Source: Acidimicrobiales bacterium (GTDB lineage: Bacteria; Actinomycetota; Acidimicrobiia; Acidimicrobiales; Aldehydirespiratoraceae). From it: DNA of 64,000 bases. The stretch is from assembly GCA_029263195.1 (NCBI GenBank), contig JAJCXX010000025.1, positions 31,540 to 95,539 of the forward strand. The letters run 5' to 3'. The translations under genes and the position numbers were made by a program. Positions 1 through 9,269 of this stretch are shown piece after piece (the stretch's first letter is position 1; each line of letters starts with the position of its first letter). The notes beneath the pieces were generated by a model that saw only the letters and a list, made by a program, of their open reading frames with translations, was not told the origin of the DNA and made no database searches.

Positions 1-69
1 GATGTCGTGACATGGCTCGAGTGGTGTCGGGTCGAGAATAGGCGTGGGCGATCGAACTAGCCTCCTGAC

Positions 70-576
70 ATGTCGGGAGTCTTGGTGCTCAACGCCACCT
101 TCGAGCCATTGGCGGTTGTCTCGGTACGTCGCGCCGTGTGTCTGATGATCGGTGAGAAGGTCGAGTTGTTATTGGCAACCGGACGACCGATTCGGTCCGA
201 GAGGCTCACGGTCGCCGAACCGAGCGTTGTCCGACTCGATCGTTACGTATCGGTTCCGTATCATCGCCATCGATCACCCAGCCGCCGTGGCGTGTTCGCT
301 CGCGATTTCCACAGCTGCCAGTACTGCGGTGACGCCGCCGACACTGTCGATCATGTTCGGCCCCGAAGTCGTGGTGGCGAGCATTCCTGGAACAACGTCG
401 TTGCGGCCTGTCGGCGATGTAACGGCCAGAAGAGAGATCGACTTCTCCACGAGACATCGATGAGGCTCCGATGCCCCCCGGGATTTCCGGCCGATGCCGC
501 GTGGGTCGAGGTGGCCGCCGGTCGAGTACCTGAGACATGGTGGCCATACCTCAGAAGTCGTCTTCGGACGGCATGA
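70..576 (+). CDS. HNH endonuclease family protein (small, stand-alone)
   Basis: 168-aa ORF. HNH/zinc-ribbon signature CQYCG...DHVRPRSRGGEHSWNNVVAACRRCNGQK. Its stop overlaps the next start (ATGA at 573-576). Confidence 0.8.
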   Translation: MSGVLVLNATFEPLAVVSVRRAVCLMIGEKVELLLATGRPIRSERLTVAEPSVVRLDRYVSVPYHRHRSPSRRGVFARDFHSCQYCGDAADTVDHVRPRSRGGEHSWNNVVAACRRCNGQKRDRLLHETSMRLRCPPGFPADAAWVEVAAGRVPETWWPYLRSRLRTA

Positions 577-1274
577 GTTCGTCGGGCGCATCGGTCAGCG
601 GCATCGAGCGCGGCTGGATGATCCGGACCATTGCCGGCACTGTCCAGCAGCTCCACGATCTCGAGAATCCTCACGATCCGATTCGAACAGTGAGAGTGAT
701 GGCACCAGATTCGTCGGCGGTGGCGCTCGGAAGTTCGCAGCGCGACGAGGTGATCGACCAGTCGCGGGCACACTCGGCAGGTCTGGGTATTGCACACCGC
801 CGAAGCGGTGGGGGAGCCGTACTCATCGTGCCGGGGCGGCAGGTCTGGATCGATTTCCTGGTGCCGCGGGGTGATGTCCTATGGAGTGACGACATCGTTC
901 GAGCCTCATTTTGGGTGGGGGATATGTGGCGGGAGACGCTCGCCGCGGTGGGCATGCCGGGCGGAACGGTCCATCGCGGTCGTTCCGAGGTCGGTGACTG
1001 GTCCGAGACCGTGTGCTTCGCCGGTGTGGGTCCAGGTGAAGTGCGGGTAGATGGCCGCAAGGTAATGGGCCTCAGCCAGCGGCGCAGTCGCGACTGGACC
1101 CGGATCCAAACCATGGTCCACACCGTCTGGGATCCCGCGACGCTCGTTGGCGTTCTCGAGATGGACGACTCGGCTCGATCTCGATGCCTGAACGAAGTGT
1201 CCGGGTTGGCGCGAGAAGTGACGACCGGTGTCGATTCGGTGGTCGAGTCCCTGGTGAATCAGCTGCCCGACTGA
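573..1274 (+). CDS. lipoate/biotin protein ligase (BPL_LplA_LipB) family protein
   Basis: Motifs RRSGGGAVLIVPG and DGRKVMGLSQRR (the ligase lysine motif). Start chosen at the ATG forming a 4-nt ATGA overlap with the upstream stop. The ORF track start at 537 is also possible. Confidence 0.65.
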   Translation: MSSSGASVSGIERGWMIRTIAGTVQQLHDLENPHDPIRTVRVMAPDSSAVALGSSQRDEVIDQSRAHSAGLGIAHRRSGGGAVLIVPGRQVWIDFLVPRGDVLWSDDIVRASFWVGDMWRETLAAVGMPGGTVHRGRSEVGDWSETVCFAGVGPGEVRVDGRKVMGLSQRRSRDWTRIQTMVHTVWDPATLVGVLEMDDSARSRCLNEVSGLAREVTTGVDSVVESLVNQLPD

Positions 1275-1405
1275 TCGGGTCGGCGCCGGAAATTCATAGC
1301 CGGAGTCCCACTACGTGATCGTCAGGACGCGGGGAGTGGGAATTCGACAATCCTGAGTCACCGAGCGCAGGATTATGTGCGAACGCCTGTTCGGTCGCGC
1401 GCAAA

Positions 1406-1461
1406 GTGGAGATTGCTGTTGCCACAAGGGTCTATTTGGGGTAAAAATGGAGACATGAGGA
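1406..1461 (+). promoter_or_regulatory. candidate MraZ operator: phased NNGGR pentamer direct repeats
   Basis: GTGGA (1406), AAGGG (1426), TTGGG (1436), ATGGA (1447) and GAGGA (1457). The last four are spaced 5-6 nt apart (10-11 bp phase), lie about 90-140 nt upstream of mraZ and overlap the putative promoter. Confidence 0.3.
1419..1447 (+). promoter_or_regulatory. candidate sigma-70-type promoter for mraZ/dcw operon
   Basis: TTGCCA (1419-1424), a 17-nt spacer, then TAAAAA (1442-1447, followed by T). Sits in a locally AT-rich patch about 100 nt upstream of the mraZ ATG. Confidence 0.35.
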
Positions 1462-1545
1462 GCGCTTAGGAGCGTTCCGGGGATATCGGGGATGCAACGG
1501 GCACCTCCGACCGGTTACCGGACTCGAATGGAAACGGGGTGAGAC

Positions 1546-1983
1546 ATGGCCAGATTCGTGGGAACGCATGAGTACACCCTTGATGGCCAGGGTCGAATCA
1601 TTCTCCCGACCACGTTCCGGGCCAAGCTCGCCGACGGCGCCTATCTCACCGCACTCGACCGGTGCCTGGCGCTTCTTCCGACCGAAGAGTTCGAGTTGAT
1701 GGCAGATCGCCTCGAAGCCCGCCAGAGCACCGGGGATGTTCACCCCGACGCGGTCAGAGCCTTCACCAGCCAGGCCGCCGAGGTTGCTCCCGACTCGCAG
1801 GGACGAATTCGCATCAAGCCCGAACATCAGGATTCCGGCGGACTCGACCGCAACGTCATGGTCGTGGGAGCGGGCAAGAGGATCGAAATCTGGGACCTCG
1901 ATCGTTGGAACTCGATGGAATCGAGTCGCCGAGACAAGCTCGCCGACGCCATCGAGAAGGGATTCGGGGTCGGAACCGTCTGA
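1546..1983 (+). CDS. mraZ: transcriptional regulator MraZ
   Basis: N-terminus MARFVGTHEYTLDGQGRIILPTTFRAKL and a second half DSQGRIRIKPEH (duplicated SpoVT/AbrB-like halves). First gene of the dcw cluster. Confidence 0.95.
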   Translation: MARFVGTHEYTLDGQGRIILPTTFRAKLADGAYLTALDRCLALLPTEEFELMADRLEARQSTGDVHPDAVRAFTSQAAEVAPDSQGRIRIKPEHQDSGGLDRNVMVVGAGKRIEIWDLDRWNSMESSRRDKLADAIEKGFGVGTV

Positions 1984-2176
1984 TCACGCCCCACCACACA
2001 ACCAGTCGCTACCCAACCAATCACCAATGAGAGGACCAACCACCGAGATTTGGAACAGCCACATCGATCATCCGCAGTCTTTCGATCAGCAGATGGAAAG
2101 ACCGCACTCCGCCCGCTTGCCATTAGCTCGTTCGGGGGAGAAATCCCGACGAGTGTCGCCGATCGGGAGACTGCAG

Positions 2177-3205
2177 ATGAGCGATGAGGTCAATCCGAAC
2201 AGATCGGTGTCGAACACGATGTCAATCGCCGGCCATCCCCCAGAGCCAGATGAGGATGACTCCCGATCAACGGGCTTCATCCACATGCCGGTCATGCGCC
2301 GCGAGGTTGTCGAGGTCCTGGCCGAAGTCCCCGACGGTGTCGTGGTCGATGCCACCCTCGGTGGGGCCGGACACGCTGCCGCACTCCTCGAAGTCAACAA
2401 CAACATTTCGGTTGTGGGTCTCGATCGCGACGAGGTCGCTCTGGCCGCCGCGAGGGTTCGTCTGGCTCCCCACCTCGACCGGGTCAGCCTTCACCACCGC
2501 CGATTCGATGCGATTGGCGAGGTCGTCAGGTCGTTGGGTCACGAGCATGTTTCCGGTTGCCTGTTCGATCTCGGAGTCAGTTCGCCACAGCTCGACACCG
2601 CCGATCGGGGCTTCAGCTTTCGGAACGACGGTCCTCTCGACATGCGCATGGATCGCACCGCCCGTTTCACCGCAGCCGACATCGTCAACACCTACGACGA
2701 GCGTTCCCTCGTCGGCATTCTTCGCCAATATGGGGATGAACCGCATGCTCGCCGAATCGCCTCGGCAATCGTTGCGGCCCGTCCCCTTTCCTCCACTGCC
2801 GAGCTGGCCGAGGTCGTGCGTCAAGCCGTCCCCGCGCCAGCGAGGCGGCGAGGAGGACATCCGGCGCGACGTTCGTTTCAGGCCATACGAATCGAAGTCA
2901 ACGAAGAATTGTCGATTCTCGCCGACGCGCTTGGTCAGGCCATTGAACTTCTGGCCCCGTCCGGCCGGTGCGCGGTGCTCGCCTATCACTCCGGAGAAGA
3001 CCGAATCGTGAAACGTACATTTCGCGACGCCGCCGGCGAGGTCCCCCCACCACGTCCCGACCTGCCGCCGCCGCCCGGGACCGTGGCCGAGGTGAAGCTG
3101 CTCTGGCGCGGTGCTCACAAGCCCAGCCAGGACGAAATCGTTGTCAATCCCCGCGCCGAAGCCGCGAGGTTCCGAGCTGTCGAGAAGCTGGCGAGGGTGG
3201 CGTAA
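2177..3205 (+). CDS. rsmH: 16S rRNA (cytosine1402-N4)-methyltransferase RsmH (MraW)
   Basis: Motifs HMPVMRREVVEVL, DATLGGAGHA, DLGVSSPQLD and YHSGEDRIVK. Start at ATG 2177, preceded by GGGAGA 7 nt upstream. The longer ORF from 1736 overlaps mraZ and is P/S/R-rich. Confidence 0.88.
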   Translation: MSDEVNPNRSVSNTMSIAGHPPEPDEDDSRSTGFIHMPVMRREVVEVLAEVPDGVVVDATLGGAGHAAALLEVNNNISVVGLDRDEVALAAARVRLAPHLDRVSLHHRRFDAIGEVVRSLGHEHVSGCLFDLGVSSPQLDTADRGFSFRNDGPLDMRMDRTARFTAADIVNTYDERSLVGILRQYGDEPHARRIASAIVAARPLSSTAELAEVVRQAVPAPARRRGGHPARRSFQAIRIEVNEELSILADALGQAIELLAPSGRCAVLAYHSGEDRIVKRTFRDAAGEVPPPRPDLPPPPGTVAEVKLLWRGAHKPSQDEIVVNPRAEAARFRAVEKLARVA

Positions 3206-3621
3206 TGGCTGCGGTGACCCCAGTTCGCCGGCAGCGCTCCGCTCCGCCGCGATCAGAGGCCAAGCGGGCTGAGCTCAGAGTTGTCAGAGCCAACGAGCGG
3301 GCTCGAGCGGTCGGAGCCATCGGAAGTCTGCTCGGTGCCGTCATCCTCGCGGTGCTGTTCGCTCTCGCCGGTCTCCATGCCGTGTTGGTGCAAACACAGG
3401 CGCGGCTCGATTCGATCGACAGTGAGATCTCGTCGTTGGTTGTCGAGCGCAACGAGGCGCTCGCCGAACTCGCGTGGCATGACTCGCCCGATGGGCTCGC
3501 CGAAGCGGCCTCGCAGGCCGGCCTGGCGCTGGCGACCGATGTCGAGATTCTCACTCCGGTCGCGGTTGGCGAGCTCGCCGCTCCAGGCGGACCGGATCCG
3601 TTCGGTGGGGTGGCCGGGTGA
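3205..3621 (+). CDS. ftsL: FtsL-like septum formation initiator (small bitopic membrane protein)
   Basis: 139 aa with a basic N-terminus, one TM segment (AIGSLLGAVILAVLFALAGLHAVLV) and a coiled-coil-like segment. Occupies the canonical slot between rsmH and ftsI. TAATG overlap with the rsmH stop. Confidence 0.6.
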   Translation: MAAVTPVRRQRSAPPRSEAKRAELRVVRANERARAVGAIGSLLGAVILAVLFALAGLHAVLVQTQARLDSIDSEISSLVVERNEALAELAWHDSPDGLAEAASQAGLALATDVEILTPVAVGELAAPGGPDPFGGVAG

Positions 3622-5435
3622 CCGCTGGAGGGCGCCGACGGTCTTCGAGGAACAAACAGGTCAGACCGGTCCGTCCTCACGTGGGTCGGGCGAGAGTTGT
3701 GACCGTCTCCCTCATGTCGCTGCTGGTGATTGGCGCATTCATGTGGCGTCTGATCGATCTCCAGTTGATGCCCGATCCGGAGTTGGCGGCGGGAATCGGG
3801 ACACGAATCGTCGATCGCCCGATTTCGGCGCCCCGAGGAGAGATCGTTGATCGACACGGCCGACCCATGGCGTTGTCGCTACCAGCGCCCACGGTGATTG
3901 CCGAGCCTCGGTTGATCTCGTTGCCGCTGGTTCCAGCGGTGGTGGCCAAGCTGACGCCGGTGCTGTCCACCGATCCCGGAGTCCTCACCGGTCGTCTGGA
4001 TGGCGACGGGTACTTCGCATATCTCGAGCGGCAGGTCGACCACGATGTGGGTCAGGCCATCGATGATCTGAGAATCGCCGGTGTGACGACAATCGAAGAG
4101 CCCCGCCGTGAACACCCCAACGGCGAGTGTTCCGGCATCAGTGTGGTTGGACGTGTTGATGTCGATCACGTCGGAATAAGCGGACTCGAGGAGCAGTTCG
4201 ACAGTCATCTAACCGGGGTCGACGGACATGAACTCAGTGAGGCGAGCGCCGACGGCCGCAACACCATTCCCGGTGGCCGTCAGGTCGTTGATGCCGCCCT
4301 ACCCGGCGACGATTTGTTGCTCACTTTGGATCGAAACATCCAGTTCCAGGCCGAGAAGCTGATCGCTGAGGCGGTTGAGACGACGGGCGGGGACCTCGGG
4401 ATGATCGTGATCTCGGTGCCGGCCACCGGCGAGATCATCGCCATGGCCAATGCCAAGCGAAACGACTCCACCGGTGAGGTTCGGTGCACGACCACGAATC
4501 TCTCGGCAGTGTGGTCCTACGAACCGGGGTCGGTGATGAAGCCGTTCACGGTGTCGAGTCTTCTCGACGGCGACCCGGCCCTCACCAACGAGACGATTGA
4601 GGTGCCGTACTCGATCACCCGCGATGACGGCGCCGCCGGCAAGGTATTCCGGGACCCCTGGCTCCATGAGCCTGTGGAAATGTCGCTGACGGAGATCGTG
4701 TCGAAGTCCTCCAACGTCGGTGCAGTTCTCGTGGCGGAGCAGTCTGGCTCCGATGCCCTTCACCAGACGCTTGTCGATTTCGGCTTCGGTGCCCGCACCG
4801 CACTCGGGTTCAAGGGCGAGGCCAGCGGAATCCTCAACAGTCTCGATCTCCACTCGCTGGGACTCTCGAGCGTGGCCATCGGCCAAGGCATAGCGGTGAC
4901 TCCGTTGCAGCTGCTCACGGCCTACAACACGTTCGGCAACCAAGGCTTCAAGCCCGATCCGATCGTGGTCCTCGACGGGACTTCCTCGGGTGAGGAGGTG
5001 CTCTCGTCGAGTGTCGCCGATTCGGTGTTGGCCATGATGAGGGCTGTGGTAGCCGACGGCACCGGCGGGGCGGGAGCAATTCCGGGATACGAGGTCGCGG
5101 GAAAGACCGGCACGGCGTGGCAGCCCTGCTCGATCGGATTCGGATACGAGTGTGAGGGTGGCGGCCGTCATTACACAGCCACGTTCGCCGGAATCGTCAG
5201 CAACGACTCCGGTCCGGCGCTCTCGGCCGTGGTGGTCGTAGACAACCCCAAGAAGGATCTCGGCGCATATTCCGGCGGTGCGGTGTCGGCTCCGGTATTC
5301 AGTGAGATCGCGGCCTACGCCCTGCGGCAACTTCGAATCGCTCCGATCGGAGATCCCGGAATGCCTCAAGATCGGGTTCGAGCCGAACCGGCAACCGCCC
5401 CGATCGTGCCCCTTCCGACACAGGCCTCATCTTGA
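3618..5435 (+). CDS. ftsI: penicillin-binding protein, peptidoglycan D,D-transpeptidase FtsI
   Basis: N-terminal TM segment. Transpeptidase motifs SVMK (SxxK), SSN and KTGT. GTGA overlap with the upstream stop. Confidence 0.9.
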   Translation: MTAGGRRRSSRNKQVRPVRPHVGRARVVTVSLMSLLVIGAFMWRLIDLQLMPDPELAAGIGTRIVDRPISAPRGEIVDRHGRPMALSLPAPTVIAEPRLISLPLVPAVVAKLTPVLSTDPGVLTGRLDGDGYFAYLERQVDHDVGQAIDDLRIAGVTTIEEPRREHPNGECSGISVVGRVDVDHVGISGLEEQFDSHLTGVDGHELSEASADGRNTIPGGRQVVDAALPGDDLLLTLDRNIQFQAEKLIAEAVETTGGDLGMIVISVPATGEIIAMANAKRNDSTGEVRCTTTNLSAVWSYEPGSVMKPFTVSSLLDGDPALTNETIEVPYSITRDDGAAGKVFRDPWLHEPVEMSLTEIVSKSSNVGAVLVAEQSGSDALHQTLVDFGFGARTALGFKGEASGILNSLDLHSLGLSSVAIGQGIAVTPLQLLTAYNTFGNQGFKPDPIVVLDGTSSGEEVLSSSVADSVLAMMRAVVADGTGGAGAIPGYEVAGKTGTAWQPCSIGFGYECEGGGRHYTATFAGIVSNDSGPALSAVVVVDNPKKDLGAYSGGAVSAPVFSEIAAYALRQLRIAPIGDPGMPQDRVRAEPATAPIVPLPTQASS

Positions 5436-6841
5436 CCAGACATCTGCGCGACGTGATTCAGGCCCTGGGGTCGATGGCGGTCGAGTCCCTCGGCGGGTCC
5501 GTGCCGATCGACGATGTGGAGCACGACTCCCGCCGAGTTCGTCCGGGTGCTCTGTTTGCCTGCATCCCGGGAGCCTCGACCGACGGGCATCTCCACGCCG
5601 GGAGTGCAATCGAACATGGTGCGGTTGCGATCCTTGGCGAACATCGGGTCGGCCTCGGCGTGCCTGAAGTGATCGTCGAGTCGGTTCGTGAGGCCGTAGG
5701 TCCGGCGGCGGCGGTCGTCCACGGCCACCCGAGCGAGCGACTCGATGTGGTGGGAATCACCGGAACCAACGGCAAGACCACCACGGTGAGACTGCTCTCG
5801 GGGATTGTCGGATCGCTCGGATCGAACGTTCATGAGATCGGCACCCTCACCGGCACTCGCACGACCCCCGAAGCACCCGAACTTCAAAGAGAGCTTCTCG
5901 AAGCACTCACCGCCGGTGCATCGATGGTGGCAATGGAAGTGTCGTCTCACGCCCTCGACCTACACCGGGTCGGCGGCACGAGGTTCAAGGTGGTTGGCTT
6001 CACCAACTTGGGCATGGACCACCTCGATCATCACGGCACCATCGAGGCCTACTTCGACGCAAAGGCATCACTGTTCACTCCGGAGCTGGCGGACTTCGCA
6101 GTGATCGATGGCAGGACGCAAGCCGGCGAGGAGATGGCGCGACGGTGCACGGTGCCCTCGGTCGTGATCGATCGAGAATCGGTGGGGTCGATCGAGACCG
6201 GACCTACGTCCACCGAGTTCGTCTGGAGAGGCCACACCGTCCACATTCCCCTCGGTGGGGTGTTCAACGCCGCCAACGCGGTGCTCGCCGCCGAGATCGC
6301 GATTGTCCTCGGCCACGAAGCTGCCGATGTGGCGGCCGCCCTGGCGAATTGTGGGCCCGTTCCCGGCCGGTTCGAGAGCATTGACGAGGGCCAGGAATTC
6401 GCGGTGATCGTCGACTACGCCCACACCCCTGAAGGGCTGGCCGCCGTGCTCGAAACGGCGCGAGATGTCACGGACGGAAAGCTCGTGGTGGTATTCGGAG
6501 CGGGAGGCGACAGAGATCAAGGCAAGCGTCATCGCATGGGCGGAGTCGCTCGTCGATGGGCCGATCGAGTGGTTGTGACCAACGACAATCCGCGCAGTGA
6601 AGACCCCGACGTGATCATCTCTGCGATCGTGTCGGGAATGGATCAGCCGCCGGAACTCATCGAACCGGACCGACGCGCTGCCATTCGTCACGCCATCGCC
6701 GGCGCTCGGCCGGGAGACTTGGTCCTCGTGGCGGGCAAGGGTCACGAGACGACCCAGACAATCGGCGACCAAGTGCTCGAATTCGATGACCGCGTGATCG
6801 TGCGCGACGAACTGCAACGACGGGAGAGACGCGCCTCATGA
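5432..6841 (+). CDS. murE: UDP-N-acetylmuramoyl-L-alanyl-D-glutamate--2,6-diaminopimelate ligase MurE
   Basis: GITGTNGKTTT P-loop, TTPEAPEL, GAGGDRDQGKR and the DNPR motif typical of meso-DAP-adding MurE. Confidence 0.93.
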   Translation: MTRHLRDVIQALGSMAVESLGGSVPIDDVEHDSRRVRPGALFACIPGASTDGHLHAGSAIEHGAVAILGEHRVGLGVPEVIVESVREAVGPAAAVVHGHPSERLDVVGITGTNGKTTTVRLLSGIVGSLGSNVHEIGTLTGTRTTPEAPELQRELLEALTAGASMVAMEVSSHALDLHRVGGTRFKVVGFTNLGMDHLDHHGTIEAYFDAKASLFTPELADFAVIDGRTQAGEEMARRCTVPSVVIDRESVGSIETGPTSTEFVWRGHTVHIPLGGVFNAANAVLAAEIAIVLGHEAADVAAALANCGPVPGRFESIDEGQEFAVIVDYAHTPEGLAAVLETARDVTDGKLVVVFGAGGDRDQGKRHRMGGVARRWADRVVVTNDNPRSEDPDVIISAIVSGMDQPPELIEPDRRAAIRHAIAGARPGDLVLVAGKGHETTQTIGDQVLEFDDRVIVRDELQRRERRAS

Positions 6842-7869
6842 CCCGCCTCCTCATCGCCGCCGGCCTCTCCATGGCGGTATCACTGTTCGGAACCAAGGCT
6901 CTGATCGTGTGGCTCACCCGGCTAAATGTCGGACAGCCGATTCGCGACGACGGTCCCCAAGGCCACCAGACCAAGGCCGGCACCCCGACCATGGGTGGTC
7001 TGGCGATCGTGGCCGGAACGGTCGTCGGCTATGTGGTCTCCGACATCTTCGGCGGCATCTACACCCGAAGCGGAATCTTCGTGATGCTGGCGATCGTCGG
7101 TGGTGGAGCGGTTGGACTGATGGACGACTGGATCAAGGTCGTGGCCGCCCGCAACCTCGGCCTCAGCAGCCGGGCGAAGATGGCGGGGCTGCTCATCGTC
7201 GCGTTCGGCTTCGCGATCCTGATGACCCAGTTCACCTCGGTCCACACGACCATTTCGTTCACCCGATTCGACAACCCGGGATGGGAGATCGGCCAACTGG
7301 CTTGGACACTCTGGGCGGTGCTCCTCATCGTCGGTACGGCCAACTCGCTCAACCTGACCGATGGCCTCGACGGATTGGCGGCTGGTGCCGCCGCGATCGG
7401 ATTCGCTGCGTTCACCTTCATCGGTTTCTGGCAGTTCAGGCACCTCGACGTCTATGTGGTGCCTCATGCCCTTGATCTGGCGGTGGTCAGTGCCGCGGCG
7501 ATGGGCGGAATAATCGGTTTCCTCTGGTGGAATGCCGCACCGGCTCAGATCTTCATGGGTGACACGGGATCGCTGGCGCTCGGAAGTGGATTGGCGGCCC
7601 TTGCTCTTGCGACCAGCACCCAACTCCTCTTGCCGGTGATCGCCGGGCTGTTCGTGATGGAGACGCTGTCGGTGATCATCCAGGTGCTCTGGTTCAAGCG
7701 TTTCGGCAAGCGGGTCTTCAAGATGGCACCGGTTCATCACCACTTCGAACTGGCGGGCTGGCCCGAGACCACAGTGATCGTTCGGCTCTGGATCGTTTCG
7801 GGGGCATGCACGGCGGTCGGTCTCGGATTGTTCTACGCCGACGCAATTAGTTCGGGATTCACGGCATGA
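6838..7869 (+). CDS. mraY: phospho-N-acetylmuramoyl-pentapeptide transferase MraY
   Basis: Polytopic membrane protein with NLTDGLDGLA and FMGDTGSLALG motifs. ATGA overlap with murE. Confidence 0.95.
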   Translation: MTRLLIAAGLSMAVSLFGTKALIVWLTRLNVGQPIRDDGPQGHQTKAGTPTMGGLAIVAGTVVGYVVSDIFGGIYTRSGIFVMLAIVGGGAVGLMDDWIKVVAARNLGLSSRAKMAGLLIVAFGFAILMTQFTSVHTTISFTRFDNPGWEIGQLAWTLWAVLLIVGTANSLNLTDGLDGLAAGAAAIGFAAFTFIGFWQFRHLDVYVVPHALDLAVVSAAAMGGIIGFLWWNAAPAQIFMGDTGSLALGSGLAALALATSTQLLLPVIAGLFVMETLSVIIQVLWFKRFGKRVFKMAPVHHHFELAGWPETTVIVRLWIVSGACTAVGLGLFYADAISSGFTA

Positions 7870-9269
7870 CCGACGACATCGACCGCCGAATCGCTGAAGG
7901 TGGACTCTCCTGGTTGTTGGTCGGGATGGGAGTGACGAATAGATCGGTTGCGGGTGCACTTCTCCACCGAGGTCATTCCGTGGTGGCAGTGGACGATCAG
8001 CCCGACTCAGCTCTCAAGGACGCGGCCGGCGAACTCGGAATCGACCTGGTGGAGACTCCCTCCAACGGAGCTCTCGCCGATCTGGTCAGCGACGCCGATC
8101 TCGTTGTTCCCGCCCCCGGGCTTCCGGAGCATCATCCGGTCTTCGCCTTGGCGGCGTCGACCGGGCGTGAGTTGATCGGCGAACTCGATCTAGCGTCCAT
8201 CTGGGACGACCGACCTGTGGTCGCAATTACCGGCACCAACGGGAAGACGACAGTCGTGGAACTCGTGCTCGATGCCCTGCACCGTTCCGGGATCACGGCG
8301 GTGGGCGCCGGCAATACCGACCTTCCGTTGGTGTCCGCCATCGACGATCGGTCAACCGAAATCTTTGTGGTGGAGGCTTCGTCGTTCAGGCTGGCCCCGA
8401 CCACACGATTCGATCCGAGCGTGGCTTGCTGGCTCAACTTCGCTCCGGACCACCTTGATATCCACTCCGACTTGGCGACCTACGAGAAGGCCAAGGCAGC
8501 GATCTGGGCACGAGCAGATGCCGACACGGTCGTGGTGGCCAACGCCGCGGATCCGGTCGTGATGTCGCACGTGCCTGCGATGGCCAGAGTCGTCACGTTC
8601 GGCACCGAATCTGCTGACTGGCGTGTCGACGACCGCGACCGGGTCACAGGTCCGGACGGGCCGTTGCTCCGCACCGATGAGCTGTGGCGTTCGCTGCCCC
8701 ACGACATCGTCGATTCGTTGGCTGCCGCAGCGATTGCGATTGCGGCCGGCGCCAAGATCGAGGCAATTGCCGAGACCTGCCGGTCATTCGCCGGGCTGTC
8801 GCACCGAGTGAGTGAAGTACTCACACTCGACGGCTCAACGTTCTTCGATGACTCCAAAGCGACGACACCACACGCCACGGTGTCGGCCCTCGATGGATTC
8901 GAGTCGGTGGTCTTGATCGCCGGCGGACGAAACAAGGGAATCGATCTGTCGGCGATGCTGTCAGCCGGCGATCATGTAGCCGCCGTCGTGGCCATAGGGG
9001 AAGCCGCCTCTGACCTGGTGAGGGTATTCGGTGCCCTCTGTCCGGTGGAGGAAGCCTCCAACATGGATGATGCCGTCGCCAAAGCAGCACGTCTGGCGAA
9101 AGGTGGACTGCCGGTGGTGTTGTCACCGGGCTGCGCGTCGTTCGATTGGTATCGGAACTACGGCGACCGAGGCGACGATTTTGTGCGGGCCGTGAAGCGA
9201 CTCGAGAAGGCAGCTACCGACATCGGGGCATCGGTGAGTCGGGTTGATGCGGCTAGGGAGACGACATGA
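7866..9269 (+). CDS. murD: UDP-N-acetylmuramoylalanine--D-glutamate ligase MurD
   Basis: Mur ligase P-loop AITGTNGKTTV. Sits in the dcw position between mraY and ftsW. ATGA overlap. Confidence 0.92.
   Translation: MTDDIDRRIAEGGLSWLLVGMGVTNRSVAGALLHRGHSVVAVDDQPDSALKDAAGELGIDLVETPSNGALADLVSDADLVVPAPGLPEHHPVFALAASTGRELIGELDLASIWDDRPVVAITGTNGKTTVVELVLDALHRSGITAVGAGNTDLPLVSAIDDRSTEIFVVEASSFRLAPTTRFDPSVACWLNFAPDHLDIHSDLATYEKAKAAIWARADADTVVVANAADPVVMSHVPAMARVVTFGTESADWRVDDRDRVTGPDGPLLRTDELWRSLPHDIVDSLAAAAIAIAAGAKIEAIAETCRSFAGLSHRVSEVLTLDGSTFFDDSKATTPHATVSALDGFESVVLIAGGRNKGIDLSAMLSAGDHVAAVVAIGEAASDLVRVFGALCPVEEASNMDDAVAKAARLAKGGLPVVLSPGCASFDWYRNYGDRGDDFVRAVKRLEKAATDIGASVSRVDAARETT

Noticed and set aside
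70-576. HNH gene as a mobile homing endonuclease or part of a mobile element
   Set aside because: I see no flanking repeats, integrase, intron or intein context, or GC deviation. It is translationally coupled to a housekeeping-type ligase gene. It looks like the widespread chromosomal small HNH family.
1736-2176. Upstream extension of the rsmH ORF (489-aa version starting at 1736)
   Set aside because: It overlaps mraZ in another frame and encodes P/S/R-rich low-complexity sequence. The conserved RsmH N-terminus (H-x-P-V-M) begins near 2280. ATG 2177 has a proper Shine-Dalgarno sequence.
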